Below, one piece after another: positions 7,564-16,022 of a stretch of 64,000 nt of DNA (its first letter is position 1; each line of letters starts with the position of its first letter). The notes beneath the pieces were generated by a model. It had not been told where the DNA came from and did no database searches. It saw nothing but the letters and a program-made list of their open reading frames with translations. This DNA is from an uncultured Candidatus Saccharibacteria bacterium. Its GTDB lineage: Bacteria; Patescibacteriota; Saccharimonadia; Saccharimonadales; JACDBH01. The DNA lies in assembly GCA_964644965.1 (NCBI GenBank), contig CAZXYN010000004.1, positions 6,190-70,189 of the forward strand, in the 5' to 3' direction. The position numbers and the translations under genes are program-made.

Positions 7564-8718
7564 CTACTCCCAGCTAAACACCTTGAAAGCAACGATATAG
7601 ATGACCACCGTCCAGACCGCCATAACGAGCAGCTGTGGACCGATATCTATGAGTGAAGCGTTTTCAGTAATCACCATTCGGACAGAATCGACTACCGGCG
7701 TGAGAGGGATGAACTTGGTGATGTTCTGTAGCAACTCTGGCATCAGGAAAGTCGGGAAAAACACACCAGATAGGAACATCATCGGCAAGGTTGCAATCTG
7801 CGCCAGAGGTGCTGCCTGGTTCTCGTTCTTGGCCCAGCCACCTATAGCTAGACCAATCCCAAATAGCATCGTAACTCCTAGTAGAATAACGACGATTAGG
7901 TTCAGATAGCTGCCACGCATATTGAGATCAAAGAATATTACCGCTGACACAAACATCAGGGCTGCCGCAAGCAGACCTATGAAGCCGTTGCTTAAGACAT
8001 TGCCTACAAAGTATTGCCAGACTTTGAGGGTTGTCGTCTGGTAGCGGCGCAGAACGCCGCGCTGCTTGAGACGCGGGAACACCGTAGTCGGGCCGAAAAT
8101 ACCTAGACTAAGCAGAGTAAAGCCCAAGATACCCGAGAAGGTGTAATCGAACTGGGTCAGACCCTGGGTAGCAGTAGATTCGGCTTTGACCGTAAACGGC
8201 TCGACGGTTGGTACCAGCTCTTGGTTGACTTCTTTGAGTATGTCACCCAGAACCGATGCCATGGTTGCACCGGCAGATTGGTTATTCTGGTCGTATGACA
8301 CCAGGAGTTCGCCACTTGGGTAGCTTTCGCCGGGCTGCACCTGGCCAAACTCTGCCGGCAAGATGATGGTTGCTTCGATCTGTCCACGGTTCATTTTTTC
8401 CTTGGCCTGGTCAAGCGTGGTGACTTCTTGATCGACCTTGAATGGGCTTTCGGCTTTTGCCTCATCATTCTTCTTGTCTTCGTCGCTTGGGAAAACTCTG
8501 GCAGCAAACTCATTAGCAAATTCATTATCGGCTTCATTAATAACCGCTACACGGAAAGACACTGTGTTGTTGCCACTGAAGATCGAACCGAATACGACTA
8601 GAAAGATAAGTGGAAAGGCAAAGACAAAGAAAATGCCGACCTTGTCGCGGAACAGCCGTTTGACGTCTATTCTGGCAAAGGTAAATACTGGCAGGAGTGA
8701 TTTTTTGAAATTATTCAT
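7564..8718 (-). CDS. ABC-2 type transporter permease
   Basis: The protein has an N-terminal TM segment, a large extracytoplasmic loop and a C-terminal 5-TM bundle. It lies immediately downstream of the ATPase. Confidence 0.8.
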   Translation of the reverse strand: MNNFKKSLLPVFTFARIDVKRLFRDKVGIFFVFAFPLIFLVVFGSIFSGNNTVSFRVAVINEADNEFANEFAARVFPSDEDKKNDEAKAESPFKVDQEVTTLDQAKEKMNRGQIEATIILPAEFGQVQPGESYPSGELLVSYDQNNQSAGATMASVLGDILKEVNQELVPTVEPFTVKAESTATQGLTQFDYTFSGILGFTLLSLGIFGPTTVFPRLKQRGVLRRYQTTTLKVWQYFVGNVLSNGFIGLLAAALMFVSAVIFFDLNMRGSYLNLIVVILLGVTMLFGIGLAIGGWAKNENQAAPLAQIATLPMMFLSGVFFPTFLMPELLQNITKFIPLTPVVDSVRMVITENASLIDIGPQLLVMAVWTVVIYIVAFKVFSWE

Positions 8719-8723
8719 GCTGT

Positions 8724-9482
8724 TTAGTCCCTCAGTGCCTTTCCGGTCAGGTCAATAAATACATCCTCGAGATTGGCCTGCTCAACGTGCTGTGATTTTT
8801 TGAAGCCCTTCTTGAGCAGATTCTTTACCAGGTTCTTAGGTGTATCAAGAGCGATAATCTCGCCGTTGTCCATAACTGCAACCCGGTCACAGAGTAGCTC
8901 GGCTTCGTCCATGTAGTGAGTCGTCATGATGACTGTCACACCACGTTTCTGAACATCACGAATAAGATCCCACAGATTGCGGCGAGCCTGCGGATCAAGC
9001 CCAGTTGTAGGCTCGTCCAAGAAGAATACCTTTGGTCCGTGCACGAGGGCTGCTGCAATACTAAAACGTTGTCGCTGGCCACCAGAGAGTTGCTCTGGAT
9101 AGCTGCCGGCTTTTTCTTCTAGCTGAACGCTTCTTAAAAATTCCATGGCGTCTACTTTTTCGCCGTAGCAGGATGAGAAGAAGTCAATCAGTTCGGTTAG
9201 TTTGGTTTTTTCTTCGAAGTTTGGGGTTTGCGGCTGAACACCGATGAGTGACTTGATTTTGTCCGGGCTGCTAGCAACATCTATACCATCAAGCGTAGCT
9301 GTGCCGCCATCGATTGGCCGCATAGTCTCTAGCATTTCGAGCGTAGTGGTCTTGCCGGCGCCATTTGGGCCAAGGATTCCGAATATTTCGCCTTCGGCTA
9401 CATCAAAACTGATGCCTCTGACGACCGTCTTACGACCGTACTTTTTGGTTAGTCCATCGACTTTTACGATTGATTTGGCCAT
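8724..9482 (-). CDS. ABC transporter ATP-binding protein
   Basis: Walker A is GPNGAGKTT, the signature motif is LSGGQRQR, and Walker B is FFLDEPT. Confidence 0.92.
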   Translation of the reverse strand: MAKSIVKVDGLTKKYGRKTVVRGISFDVAEGEIFGILGPNGAGKTTTLEMLETMRPIDGGTATLDGIDVASSPDKIKSLIGVQPQTPNFEEKTKLTELIDFFSSCYGEKVDAMEFLRSVQLEEKAGSYPEQLSGGQRQRFSIAAALVHGPKVFFLDEPTTGLDPQARRNLWDLIRDVQKRGVTVIMTTHYMDEAELLCDRVAVMDNGEIIALDTPKNLVKNLLKKGFKKSQHVEQANLEDVFIDLTGKALRD

Positions 9483-9581
9483 TAGTGCTCCCTTTTGTTA
9501 TCTATAGTATAACGTCTCGTGCTAGTGTCTTCAATACAAAACCCCTCTGTTATGAGGGGTTTTGTATTGCGATTTTTCCGC

Positions 9582-10127
9582 CTAAGACTGTGGCTGACTA
9601 CACTCTTGGCCTTCTGGGTTCTGCTTCACGAATTCGTTGATAGCAGTGACAACTTGACCGTCGTCTTTGAGGTTTTCCCAGAAAGTAATTTGGCTGCGGT
9701 TAATGACCATGAGATCGTCTGGTCCATGGAGTTCACAACCGAGCTTGGCAAGGCTAATGTCTTGCTGTGCTTCTGCACCCGCGTTTGCGTCAGGCTGTAC
9801 CTGCTCGTTCACGCGTAGGTAATAGATATTGTCGAGTGTTACGTATTCACGGTTTAGATCATTGATTTTACCGAAGTAAACCTGACCGCCTTCTAAGAAT
9901 ACTGCCTGGTACTTATCAGTTTCTACAAAATCGCTCTCTGGTGTTCTGCCAGATGTAGCGATTGTGAATATGAGTGCTCCTAAGAGTAGTGCACTAGACA
10001 CGAGTAAAAATACTGATACGATGTTCAACCATTTGCCGCGAGGCTTCTTGCCGCCTGAATGAGCAGGACGTCCTGGAGCTGGTGCGGTTGCGGCCGGTTG
10101 CTGACCACTGCGGTTTGCGAATTCCAT
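9582..10127 (-). CDS. Hypothetical membrane-anchored protein (181 aa)
   Basis: It has a basic N-terminus, one TM segment and an extracytoplasmic domain. A GGTGGAAGAGGG RBS lies upstream. Confidence 0.6.
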   Translation of the reverse strand: MEFANRSGQQPAATAPAPGRPAHSGGKKPRGKWLNIVSVFLLVSSALLLGALIFTIATSGRTPESDFVETDKYQAVFLEGGQVYFGKINDLNREYVTLDNIYYLRVNEQVQPDANAGAEAQQDISLAKLGCELHGPDDLMVINRSQITFWENLKDDGQVVTAINEFVKQNPEGQECSQPQS

Positions 10128-10306
10128 AAACCCTCTTCCACCTTCTTATTTTAGTTAGATTACTACAAAGAATATAGTAGCGAAAAAACAACATAAGCGC
10201 AATACACTTCTGTGCCTCTTTGTTTGTTGTGTATTTTTATGGTAATTATTAACTTCTTTCACCCCTGTTAATTTGAATAAACTCAGTTGAAAGGTGTTTT
10301 CATCTA

Positions 10307-10336
10307 TTGACAAACAAAATCTCTACAGCGTACGAT
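10307..10336 (+). promoter_or_regulatory. Promoter TTGACA-18-TACGAT for the 65-aa gene
   Basis: The sequence reads TTGACAaacaaaatctctacagcgTACGAT. A GAGGGAG RBS follows before the ATG at 10374. Confidence 0.5.
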
Positions 10337-10373
10337 TGGGGTACCATTAGTTAAGAGAGGGAGTCATAAGCAG

Positions 10374-10571
10374 ATGGCATACAAGCACACAAACTCAAAG
10401 GGTGTAACTTACTACCTAAACTCAAAGGCTGTTGTTCTTCGAGGCGGTAAAGAGCAGACTATTTACTACTTCAGCAAGGATCAGCGCCCAGAGGCAACTG
10501 ACCTACCAGCTGGCTTCTCTGTAAACGAGAACCCACGTAACGGCTTCCTGACCGTAAAACGAAACGCCTAA
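10374..10571 (+). CDS. Small conserved hypothetical protein (65 aa)
   Basis: It has a good RBS, its own promoter and a strong terminator. The sequence is MAYKHTNSKGVTYYLNSK... Confidence 0.6.
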   Translation: MAYKHTNSKGVTYYLNSKAVVLRGGKEQTIYYFSKDQRPEATDLPAGFSVNENPRNGFLTVKRNA

Positions 10572-10589
10572 GTTTCTCACCCTAGGATT

Positions 10590-10620
10590 AAAAAACACCC
10601 TCATGACGAGGGTGTTTTTT
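10590..10620. terminator. Bidirectional intrinsic terminator
   Basis: The sequence AAAAAACACCCTCatgacGAGGGTGTTTTTT has a 7-bp GC-rich stem flanked by A and T runs. It sits between convergent genes. Confidence 0.85.
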
Positions 10621-11245
10621 AATGGTTTTTGAGCTGCCGTTTGATGATTTGCTCGCTGCTCAGATGCAGCACAAACAAGAATAGGCTAAAACACGCGGCA
10701 ACCAGACTCCAGCCGGCCAAATCCGGCGACCAGGTCGGCGAGGCAAAGTCGAATTTATAGAGATCCTCTGGTATGACAGCTTCTTCGGCGACCTCTGCAC
10801 CGTGCGAGTCTAGATATTCCCTGATGCAAGGTAGTCGATTGCTGCCCGAGAACCCAGTTGGAATCCGTTGCTCACAATAGTCTTGGGCAGCGCTGTAAAG
10901 ATCTTGGTTGCTGATTTTTTTGAGCTTGGCCTGCTCGGCTTCTACAAGCCGTTCATATCTGTACTTGAGCTGGATTGGTGGCCGAATGGCATTCTCGCCA
11001 GCGGCGAGGTCGGTGTTCATGTGCCCATAAACATACTCGCGCAAATTTCTTAGGGCTGATTCGACATCACCATTTTGCTCGTCAGCCGTAAAAACTGCCT
11101 GGCGGAGTTCAATCATATTCTGGTTATTGGCCCGCAAGGAGAAGGCATGAACAACAAAAAAGAAAACCGCCAGTGCTAGAAAAGTCCAAACAGGAACAGC
11201 CCGTAGACGGGTAAGCCAGTGGTGGAGCGTTCGTTTGTAGGACAT
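10619..11245 (-). CDS. Hypothetical membrane protein (N- and C-terminal TM segments)
   Basis: This is a 208-aa ORF with TM segments at both ends. Confidence 0.6.
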   Translation of the reverse strand: MSYKRTLHHWLTRLRAVPVWTFLALAVFFFVVHAFSLRANNQNMIELRQAVFTADEQNGDVESALRNLREYVYGHMNTDLAAGENAIRPPIQLKYRYERLVEAEQAKLKKISNQDLYSAAQDYCEQRIPTGFSGSNRLPCIREYLDSHGAEVAEEAVIPEDLYKFDFASPTWSPDLAGWSLVAACFSLFLFVLHLSSEQIIKRQLKNH

Positions 11246-11360
11246 GTATCTAGATTACTCTTCTTTTTGCTGCCGTCACAAGCATCAATTTTCTAGTGAC
11301 AGTATAAATATTTTTATTAGTTTTTGTGTTAATTTACTCCTGTCAGTGTACCATAGTTGT

Positions 11361-12668
11361 ATGCATATTTTCTTTTCTGGCATTGGTGGCACCGGTATTG
11401 GGCCGCTTGCCTTGATCGCCAAACAAGCAGGCTACGATGTCAGTGGCTCTGACAAGCAAGACAGTCAGTACATTCAATATCTGAAAAAACACGGCATTCC
11501 TGATATTTATATCGGCCAGACCAAAGAAGCAATTGCCTTTACACACAAACGAAAGCCGATTGATTGGTATGTGTTCTCGTCTGCTGTGACCAAAGAAAAC
11601 CCAGATCATCCAGAATTACAATTCGTAGCCGAAAACGGCATAAAAAACAGCAAACGAGATCTGTTGCTTAACTACATCATCAAAGACAAGCAGCTCAAAT
11701 TGATTGCAGTTGCTGGCACACACGGCAAAACAACCACAACCGCCATGATGATTTGGCTGATGCGGTCACTCGGCATTTCACCTAGCCACTCTGTTGGTGC
11801 AAAGATTGATTTCGGTGAAATGGGTTCATATGAGCCAAAGAGCGAATACTTTGTGCTCGAAGCCGATGAATTTGACCGCAACTTTCTAAGCTTTTCGCCG
11901 TACATGTCGCTCATTAGCGGTATAGCCTATGACCACCACGAAATCTACCCGACTGAGGAGTCATATAGACAGGCTTTTCGTGAATTCTTGGGCAAAAGTG
12001 CCTGGCGACTCTTGTGGCAATCTGACTTCAAAAAACTAGGTGGCGATGTAGACGATTCGTATGTACAAATAGATGATGATGCGCCCGAAATTGCCCAGAT
12101 TACACTGCCTGGTACAGTCAATCGCCGTAACGCTTGGCTGGTGATTAAAGCTGTGCAACACATCACAAAAGAGCCCGCTGACAAGCTAATTGCCATTATG
12201 AATAAGTTCCCTGGCGTATCGCGCCGAATGGAACAAATCAAACCTCATCTATACACGGATTACGCTCACACCGTAGAGAAAATTGTTGGTGCTGTAGATA
12301 TTGGCCAAGAAGTCGCTAGAACCGAGAACCGAGAACTAGTTGTCGTCTATGAGCCGCTGACCAACCGTCGCATGCACCACACTGCAGCCCTTCACCGCGA
12401 TGTATTTAACGGTGTTAGCAAGCTCTATTGGGTGCCAAGCTACCTGGCGCGTGAGGATCCAGACCAAGTGGTGCTGGCGCCAATAGAACTTATCGCCAAT
12501 CTGAACCCAGATATGCAGTCGCGAGCCGAAGCTGCCGAGCTCAATAAACAGCTGAAAAAATCAATCAAGCACCATATAAAACACGGGGGACTGGTGCTGT
12601 GCCTGAGTGGCGGCGGCGGCGGAAGTCTGGACGAATGGTTACGAAAAGAGTTTTCGGGCTGGTTCTAG
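11361..12668 (+). CDS. murC: Mur ligase family protein (UDP-N-acetylmuramate--L-alanine ligase-like)
   Basis: The likely start is the ATG at 11361 (MHIFFSGIGGTGIGPLALIAKQAGYDVSGSD), because the ORF-track N-terminal extension looks non-coding. The ATP-binding motif is AVAGTHGKTTTTAMM. Confidence 0.7.
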   Translation: MHIFFSGIGGTGIGPLALIAKQAGYDVSGSDKQDSQYIQYLKKHGIPDIYIGQTKEAIAFTHKRKPIDWYVFSSAVTKENPDHPELQFVAENGIKNSKRDLLLNYIIKDKQLKLIAVAGTHGKTTTTAMMIWLMRSLGISPSHSVGAKIDFGEMGSYEPKSEYFVLEADEFDRNFLSFSPYMSLISGIAYDHHEIYPTEESYRQAFREFLGKSAWRLLWQSDFKKLGGDVDDSYVQIDDDAPEIAQITLPGTVNRRNAWLVIKAVQHITKEPADKLIAIMNKFPGVSRRMEQIKPHLYTDYAHTVEKIVGAVDIGQEVARTENRELVVVYEPLTNRRMHHTAALHRDVFNGVSKLYWVPSYLAREDPDQVVLAPIELIANLNPDMQSRAEAAELNKQLKKSIKHHIKHGGLVLCLSGGGGGSLDEWLRKEFSGWF

Positions 12669-14125
12669 AGAATGTTTGTCAGCAGTAGGATTGCCACAAT
12701 ACCCAACGCAATTCCCCATGTTGATGGGCTGCTAACCTGCTGAACCAGCTGCGCCTTGATGTAGTCTGTGTCTTGCAGTACTTGGCTGATTTTGGTTGGG
12801 CGTGTTGGCGCTGACTCAATTGGCGGCAAGACAGACTGAGGAGTAGCCGCGGCATTGTTTGCAGCTGCAAAGGTTACAGCCAGCTGAGCAGCTGTCTGAG
12901 CCTGAGCTGCCTCACGAGCTAGGCGTTCTTGCTGCTGTTCTCGTTGGAAGGCTTCGCCGTATTCGGCTGCTGGTTTTTCGACAAGCCGACCAGTCTTTTC
13001 GTCTATCTCGATTCGGTGCCAGGCACTAGTTTCATAACGATGTCCCTCTGGCGCAGTTAGAGCCTCCTCTGTTATTGGGCGTTCTTCGACTGGTAATGAT
13101 GGCTGCTCTGGTGTTTGCTTAACGGCTTCGATTGCAACAGATGGGTAGCTTGGAGCAGCCTCTTGGACGGTTTGCGGCTGAGCAGCCTCAATAGATAGAT
13201 CTTCTTTACGCTTAAGTGCTGCTGTGTATCTGTTGTGATCAATCATTCGGCGTAACTCATCTTGGGCTCGCTGGAGGGCGTTTTGGCGCTTCTTTGAGAT
13301 CTCTTGCTCTGACTGATACTCGGTATTCAGCCTGTCGATTGCCTGTTCGTGACTGGCAATAGCCTGAGCTGAACGCTTTTCGGCTGATTTTCTAGCACCG
13401 CGGCGTCCGAGCCACCAGCCAGCTAATCCTCCACTAACAACACCTCGACTTAGACCTCGTTTTTCGGCACGATGAGCTCGGCGATGAGCTTCTTTTTCGT
13501 TGATAACTGGCTCTTCTGGCTCTAGATTTACGGCTCGCCATTCGCTTGGATTAAACATCTGAGCTTGTTCGTAACCAGTCATGATTCTGTCTGGCATTGG
13601 CACGGTCTGAGGGGCTGGTCGGTCTATCTCTGACTGTTCTTGTGGCAGCTGCTCAATGTGAGAGGTAGCTTCTACGGCTTCAGCTGGCGTTGGCTCCAAT
13701 GTTTCGACATAGGCCTCAATTGGCTGCATTATGTCCGCCTGATAGTCTTCAGCGGCTTCAAGGACTGTCTCAGCGACAAGTTCTACCTGCTCTGGCTCAT
13801 CATCTTCTGTGTGATCGATAATAAGTTCGCCCAAGAACTCATTCTCCCGAGGTACTTCGGGTAGTTCTAAGGCTTCCTCAGACAAATTCTGTTTGGATTC
13901 TTTGTCCAACTGTTTCTGGGTAGAATCTGCTTCTTTTTGACGCTTTTCTTGGGCATGGAAAGGTTTGGTTCGCTTTTCGTGCTTTGGCTGCCCGCCAGAT
14001 TCTGACTTCTCTACAGGTAGTGGAAATCGCTTGGTTCGTTTCTTCTTTTTCTTGGGTGTGTCTGACTCTCCAGTCTCATCTGGTTTTTGCTTTTTCTCAA
14101 ATGGATCTGGAGTATAGAATTCCAT
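12665..14125 (-). CDS. Hypothetical highly charged protein with a C-terminal TM anchor (486 aa)
   Basis: The sequence is low-complexity and rich in K, E and Q. It ends in the hydrophobic stretch WGIALGIVAILLLTNIL. Confidence 0.6.
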   Translation of the reverse strand: MEFYTPDPFEKKQKPDETGESDTPKKKKKRTKRFPLPVEKSESGGQPKHEKRTKPFHAQEKRQKEADSTQKQLDKESKQNLSEEALELPEVPRENEFLGELIIDHTEDDEPEQVELVAETVLEAAEDYQADIMQPIEAYVETLEPTPAEAVEATSHIEQLPQEQSEIDRPAPQTVPMPDRIMTGYEQAQMFNPSEWRAVNLEPEEPVINEKEAHRRAHRAEKRGLSRGVVSGGLAGWWLGRRGARKSAEKRSAQAIASHEQAIDRLNTEYQSEQEISKKRQNALQRAQDELRRMIDHNRYTAALKRKEDLSIEAAQPQTVQEAAPSYPSVAIEAVKQTPEQPSLPVEERPITEEALTAPEGHRYETSAWHRIEIDEKTGRLVEKPAAEYGEAFQREQQQERLAREAAQAQTAAQLAVTFAAANNAAATPQSVLPPIESAPTRPTKISQVLQDTDYIKAQLVQQVSSPSTWGIALGIVAILLLTNIL

Positions 14126-14201
14126 CAGGTCACCTTTAACCTGTATACTATACCACTTTTATAATCTAAAAACAATACCTTAACAGTGGTCAGGTAAACT
14201 G

Positions 14202-14534
14202 TTAGCCCATGAAAGCAAAGTATGCCGCACCGGCAAGCGCAGCTACAACCAATAATACGAGCACAATAACAGGTAGTGCACTCTTCTTTTTGGCTGGTTC
14301 TACGGGAGCCGCCACGGTTGCTGCTGGCTCTACCGGGGCTGGAATTGGCTCTGTAGTTGGCTCTGCTGCTGGAACTGCTTCACTGGCAGGAGCTGGGGCT
14401 TCTGGTGCAGGTGTTGGCTCTACAGCTGAAGCGGGCTCACTAGCAGGTGCTGGAGCTGTTGGCTCCACTGGAGTCGTAGCTACAGGATCTTGAGTTACTG
14501 GTTGTTCTTCGGTTGATTTGTTTTCTGGATCCAT
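14202..14534 (-). CDS. Pro/Ala-rich tail-anchored protein (110 aa)
   Basis: It has PAPA-type repeats followed by the TM segment LPVIVLVLLVVAALAGAAYFAF. Confidence 0.5.
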   Translation of the reverse strand: MDPENKSTEEQPVTQDPVATTPVEPTAPAPASEPASAVEPTPAPEAPAPASEAVPAAEPTTEPIPAPVEPAATVAAPVEPAKKKSALPVIVLVLLVVAALAGAAYFAFMG

Positions 14535-14662
14535 AGCGGAGGCATCCTTTTCTTAAATTACTCTTTTATATTGGCGTCGAATCCATTGTACAGCATAAGC
14601 GTGTTATCTTGAAAGCCATGCCAGTTGCAGACTTCTAACTGGTATACTGGGTAACAATAATC

Positions 14663-15493
14663 ATGTTGATACGATTCGCGCAGCGACTGTTTGTTCTGAC
14701 GCTAGGAGCAGGCATTATTTACCTCACTGTCAGGTACTTTTTTCCGTTTTTTGATAACCAAGTACCACAAGCCTTAGCATTACTTGCAACTTATATCTTC
14801 ACGGCCTACCTATTCATACCAGCTGTCATTCGATTTGTCCGCTTGTTCTGGGCACCAAATCACATACCTCTGTACTGCGTCACCCCTGATGGATTTGCCA
14901 GTGATCCGATAAACATCGGCGTAATCGGCGACCGCAATCAGCTCAAAAGAGCCATGGAAAAAGCCGGCTGGTTCACAGCCGACAGGCGTACTCTACTTAC
15001 AATTCTTAGACTTGGACGTTCAATCCTACTAAGACAGCCATACCAAACAGCACCGTTTAGTAGCCTATACCTATTTGGTCGCAAACAAGATATTGGTTTC
15101 CAGAAACCGTTCAAAGATAATCCGTCATACCGCCACCATGTTAGGTTTTGGGCCTGCAACATCGAAACACCAGAAGACTTTCATGAGGATGTAAATTTCT
15201 GGCAGCGGTTTCACCGTCCTAGCGTAGACAAGGTTTCACGCCAACTCTGGGTCGGCGCCGCATCAAAAGATGTCGGGATTGTTCCTATCAAACACAACGC
15301 CCAGCTGACCCATATGATCCACCCCGACACCAATGCCGAGCGCGAGCTGATTGTCCACGACCTACGCATGAGCCACTCGGTGGCAAAGACCATTACCGAA
15401 CGCGTCCACAGTGGCCTGTCACTTCCTAACCGAGCCCTCCGAGGCGTCCTAGAAGCCGACGGCAAGGTGAAGATTTGTATATTAAAAGATTAA
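14663..15493 (+). CDS. LssY-like C-terminal-domain membrane protein
   Basis: It has two N-terminal TM segments. The stretch DPINIGVIGDRNQLKRAMEKAGWFTADRRT resembles the LssY_C family. Confidence 0.65.
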   Translation: MLIRFAQRLFVLTLGAGIIYLTVRYFFPFFDNQVPQALALLATYIFTAYLFIPAVIRFVRLFWAPNHIPLYCVTPDGFASDPINIGVIGDRNQLKRAMEKAGWFTADRRTLLTILRLGRSILLRQPYQTAPFSSLYLFGRKQDIGFQKPFKDNPSYRHHVRFWACNIETPEDFHEDVNFWQRFHRPSVDKVSRQLWVGAASKDVGIVPIKHNAQLTHMIHPDTNAERELIVHDLRMSHSVAKTITERVHSGLSLPNRALRGVLEADGKVKICILKD

Positions 15494-15500
15494 AAGCCGT

Positions 15501-15720
15501 GTTCTTTCAATAAAGAACCAAATTACTACTTCTCCTTGTTGAGAAGTAGCCAAGAAACACTGGGCCAACTTCTGACTTGATGTATCTGTTAGTGCAAACC
15601 AGGCTCGCTGCGGAACTCACCAAAAACAATCCACTGGATTATTTTTGGCTCAAACAGTCCTCGCGCCCAAGGGCACCTCGTTTGCACAACATCTACTCAG
15701 GTCAAAAGCCGATGCCCAGG
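15501..15720 (+). ncRNA. Candidate structured RNA, paralogue of the 39.1-kb RNA (the strand call is tentative)
   Basis: The 5' module GTTCTTTcaatAAAGAAC-caaatta-CTACTTCTCcttgttGAGAAGTAG is about 80% identical to 39208-39275. It is followed by an imperfect hairpin of about 160 nt (arms 15560-15599 and 15680-15720). Confidence 0.4.
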
Positions 15721-15745
15721 ATCAAATAATGTAAGCGAAATTAAT

Positions 15746-15864
15746 AAAAAAGCTCCCCATAGGGAGCAAAGCCCCGTAGTAGACTTTCGAGTTTGCCTGC
15801 CCTATTGGGCAGGCATAGTCCGCCATAAGCGGAGTCTCGAAAGCTCACTACAGGGCAAAGCAAT
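15746..15864 (-). ncRNA. Orphan sRNA of about 120 nt, bounded by a consensus promoter and an intrinsic terminator
   Basis: A 21-bp closing helix (GCCCUGUAGUGAGCUUUCGAG / CUCGAAAGUCUACUACGGGGC) encloses two hairpins. The RNA ends in GCUCCCuaugGGGAGC followed by U6. Confidence 0.55.
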
Positions 15865-15870
15865 AAGTCA

Positions 15871-15899
15871 ATTATACTACTTATGCTTAAAAATGTCAA
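15871..15899 (-). promoter_or_regulatory. Consensus promoter TTGACA-17-TATAAT
   Basis: The minus strand reads TTGACAtttttaagcataagtagTATAAT. No ORF lies downstream. Confidence 0.7.
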
Positions 15900-15991
15900 T
15901 TCAGTTTTGTAGGTCGGATTTATTCCGAGCTCAAAACTTCCTTATTCAGGAAGGAGCAGCCCGACAAAATGTATTCCATTTTGCCGGCGCG

Positions 15992-16019
15992 ATGAGGAAA
16001 CCTATCTCGGTTTCCTCAT
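15992..16019 (-). terminator. Hairpin after the 675-aa gene
   Basis: The sequence ATGAGGAAACCgagataGGTTTCCTCAT forms an 11-bp stem 3 nt after the stop. It has no U-tract. Confidence 0.4.
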
Positions 16020-16022
16020 TAC

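Noticed and set aside
11244-11360. ORF-track N-terminal extensions: the Mur ligase from 11244, the MauE-like gene from 1721, the RAYT from 50195, the cupredoxin-like gene from 19039 and the DUF916-like gene from 48446.
   Set aside because: The extensions overlap upstream genes or REP and promoter sequence, and they encode implausible Cys/Phe/Ser-rich peptides. Internal starts give canonical N-termini (GIGGTG fold start, signal peptides) and classic ATGA, TAATG or 1-nt couplings.
15746-15864. Whether the sRNA, or the 39.1-39.9 kb RNA region, could be SRP RNA, tmRNA, RNase P RNA or a group II intron domain.
   Set aside because: I looked for the hallmark blocks: the SRP GGAA/AGCA helix-8 motifs, the tmRNA tag ORF and GGUUCGA-type T-arm with CCA end, the RNase P GAGGAAAGUCC and ACAGAAxxCGGCUUA blocks, and the intron domain V. 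None was present on either strand. Only AAAGTCC occurs once.
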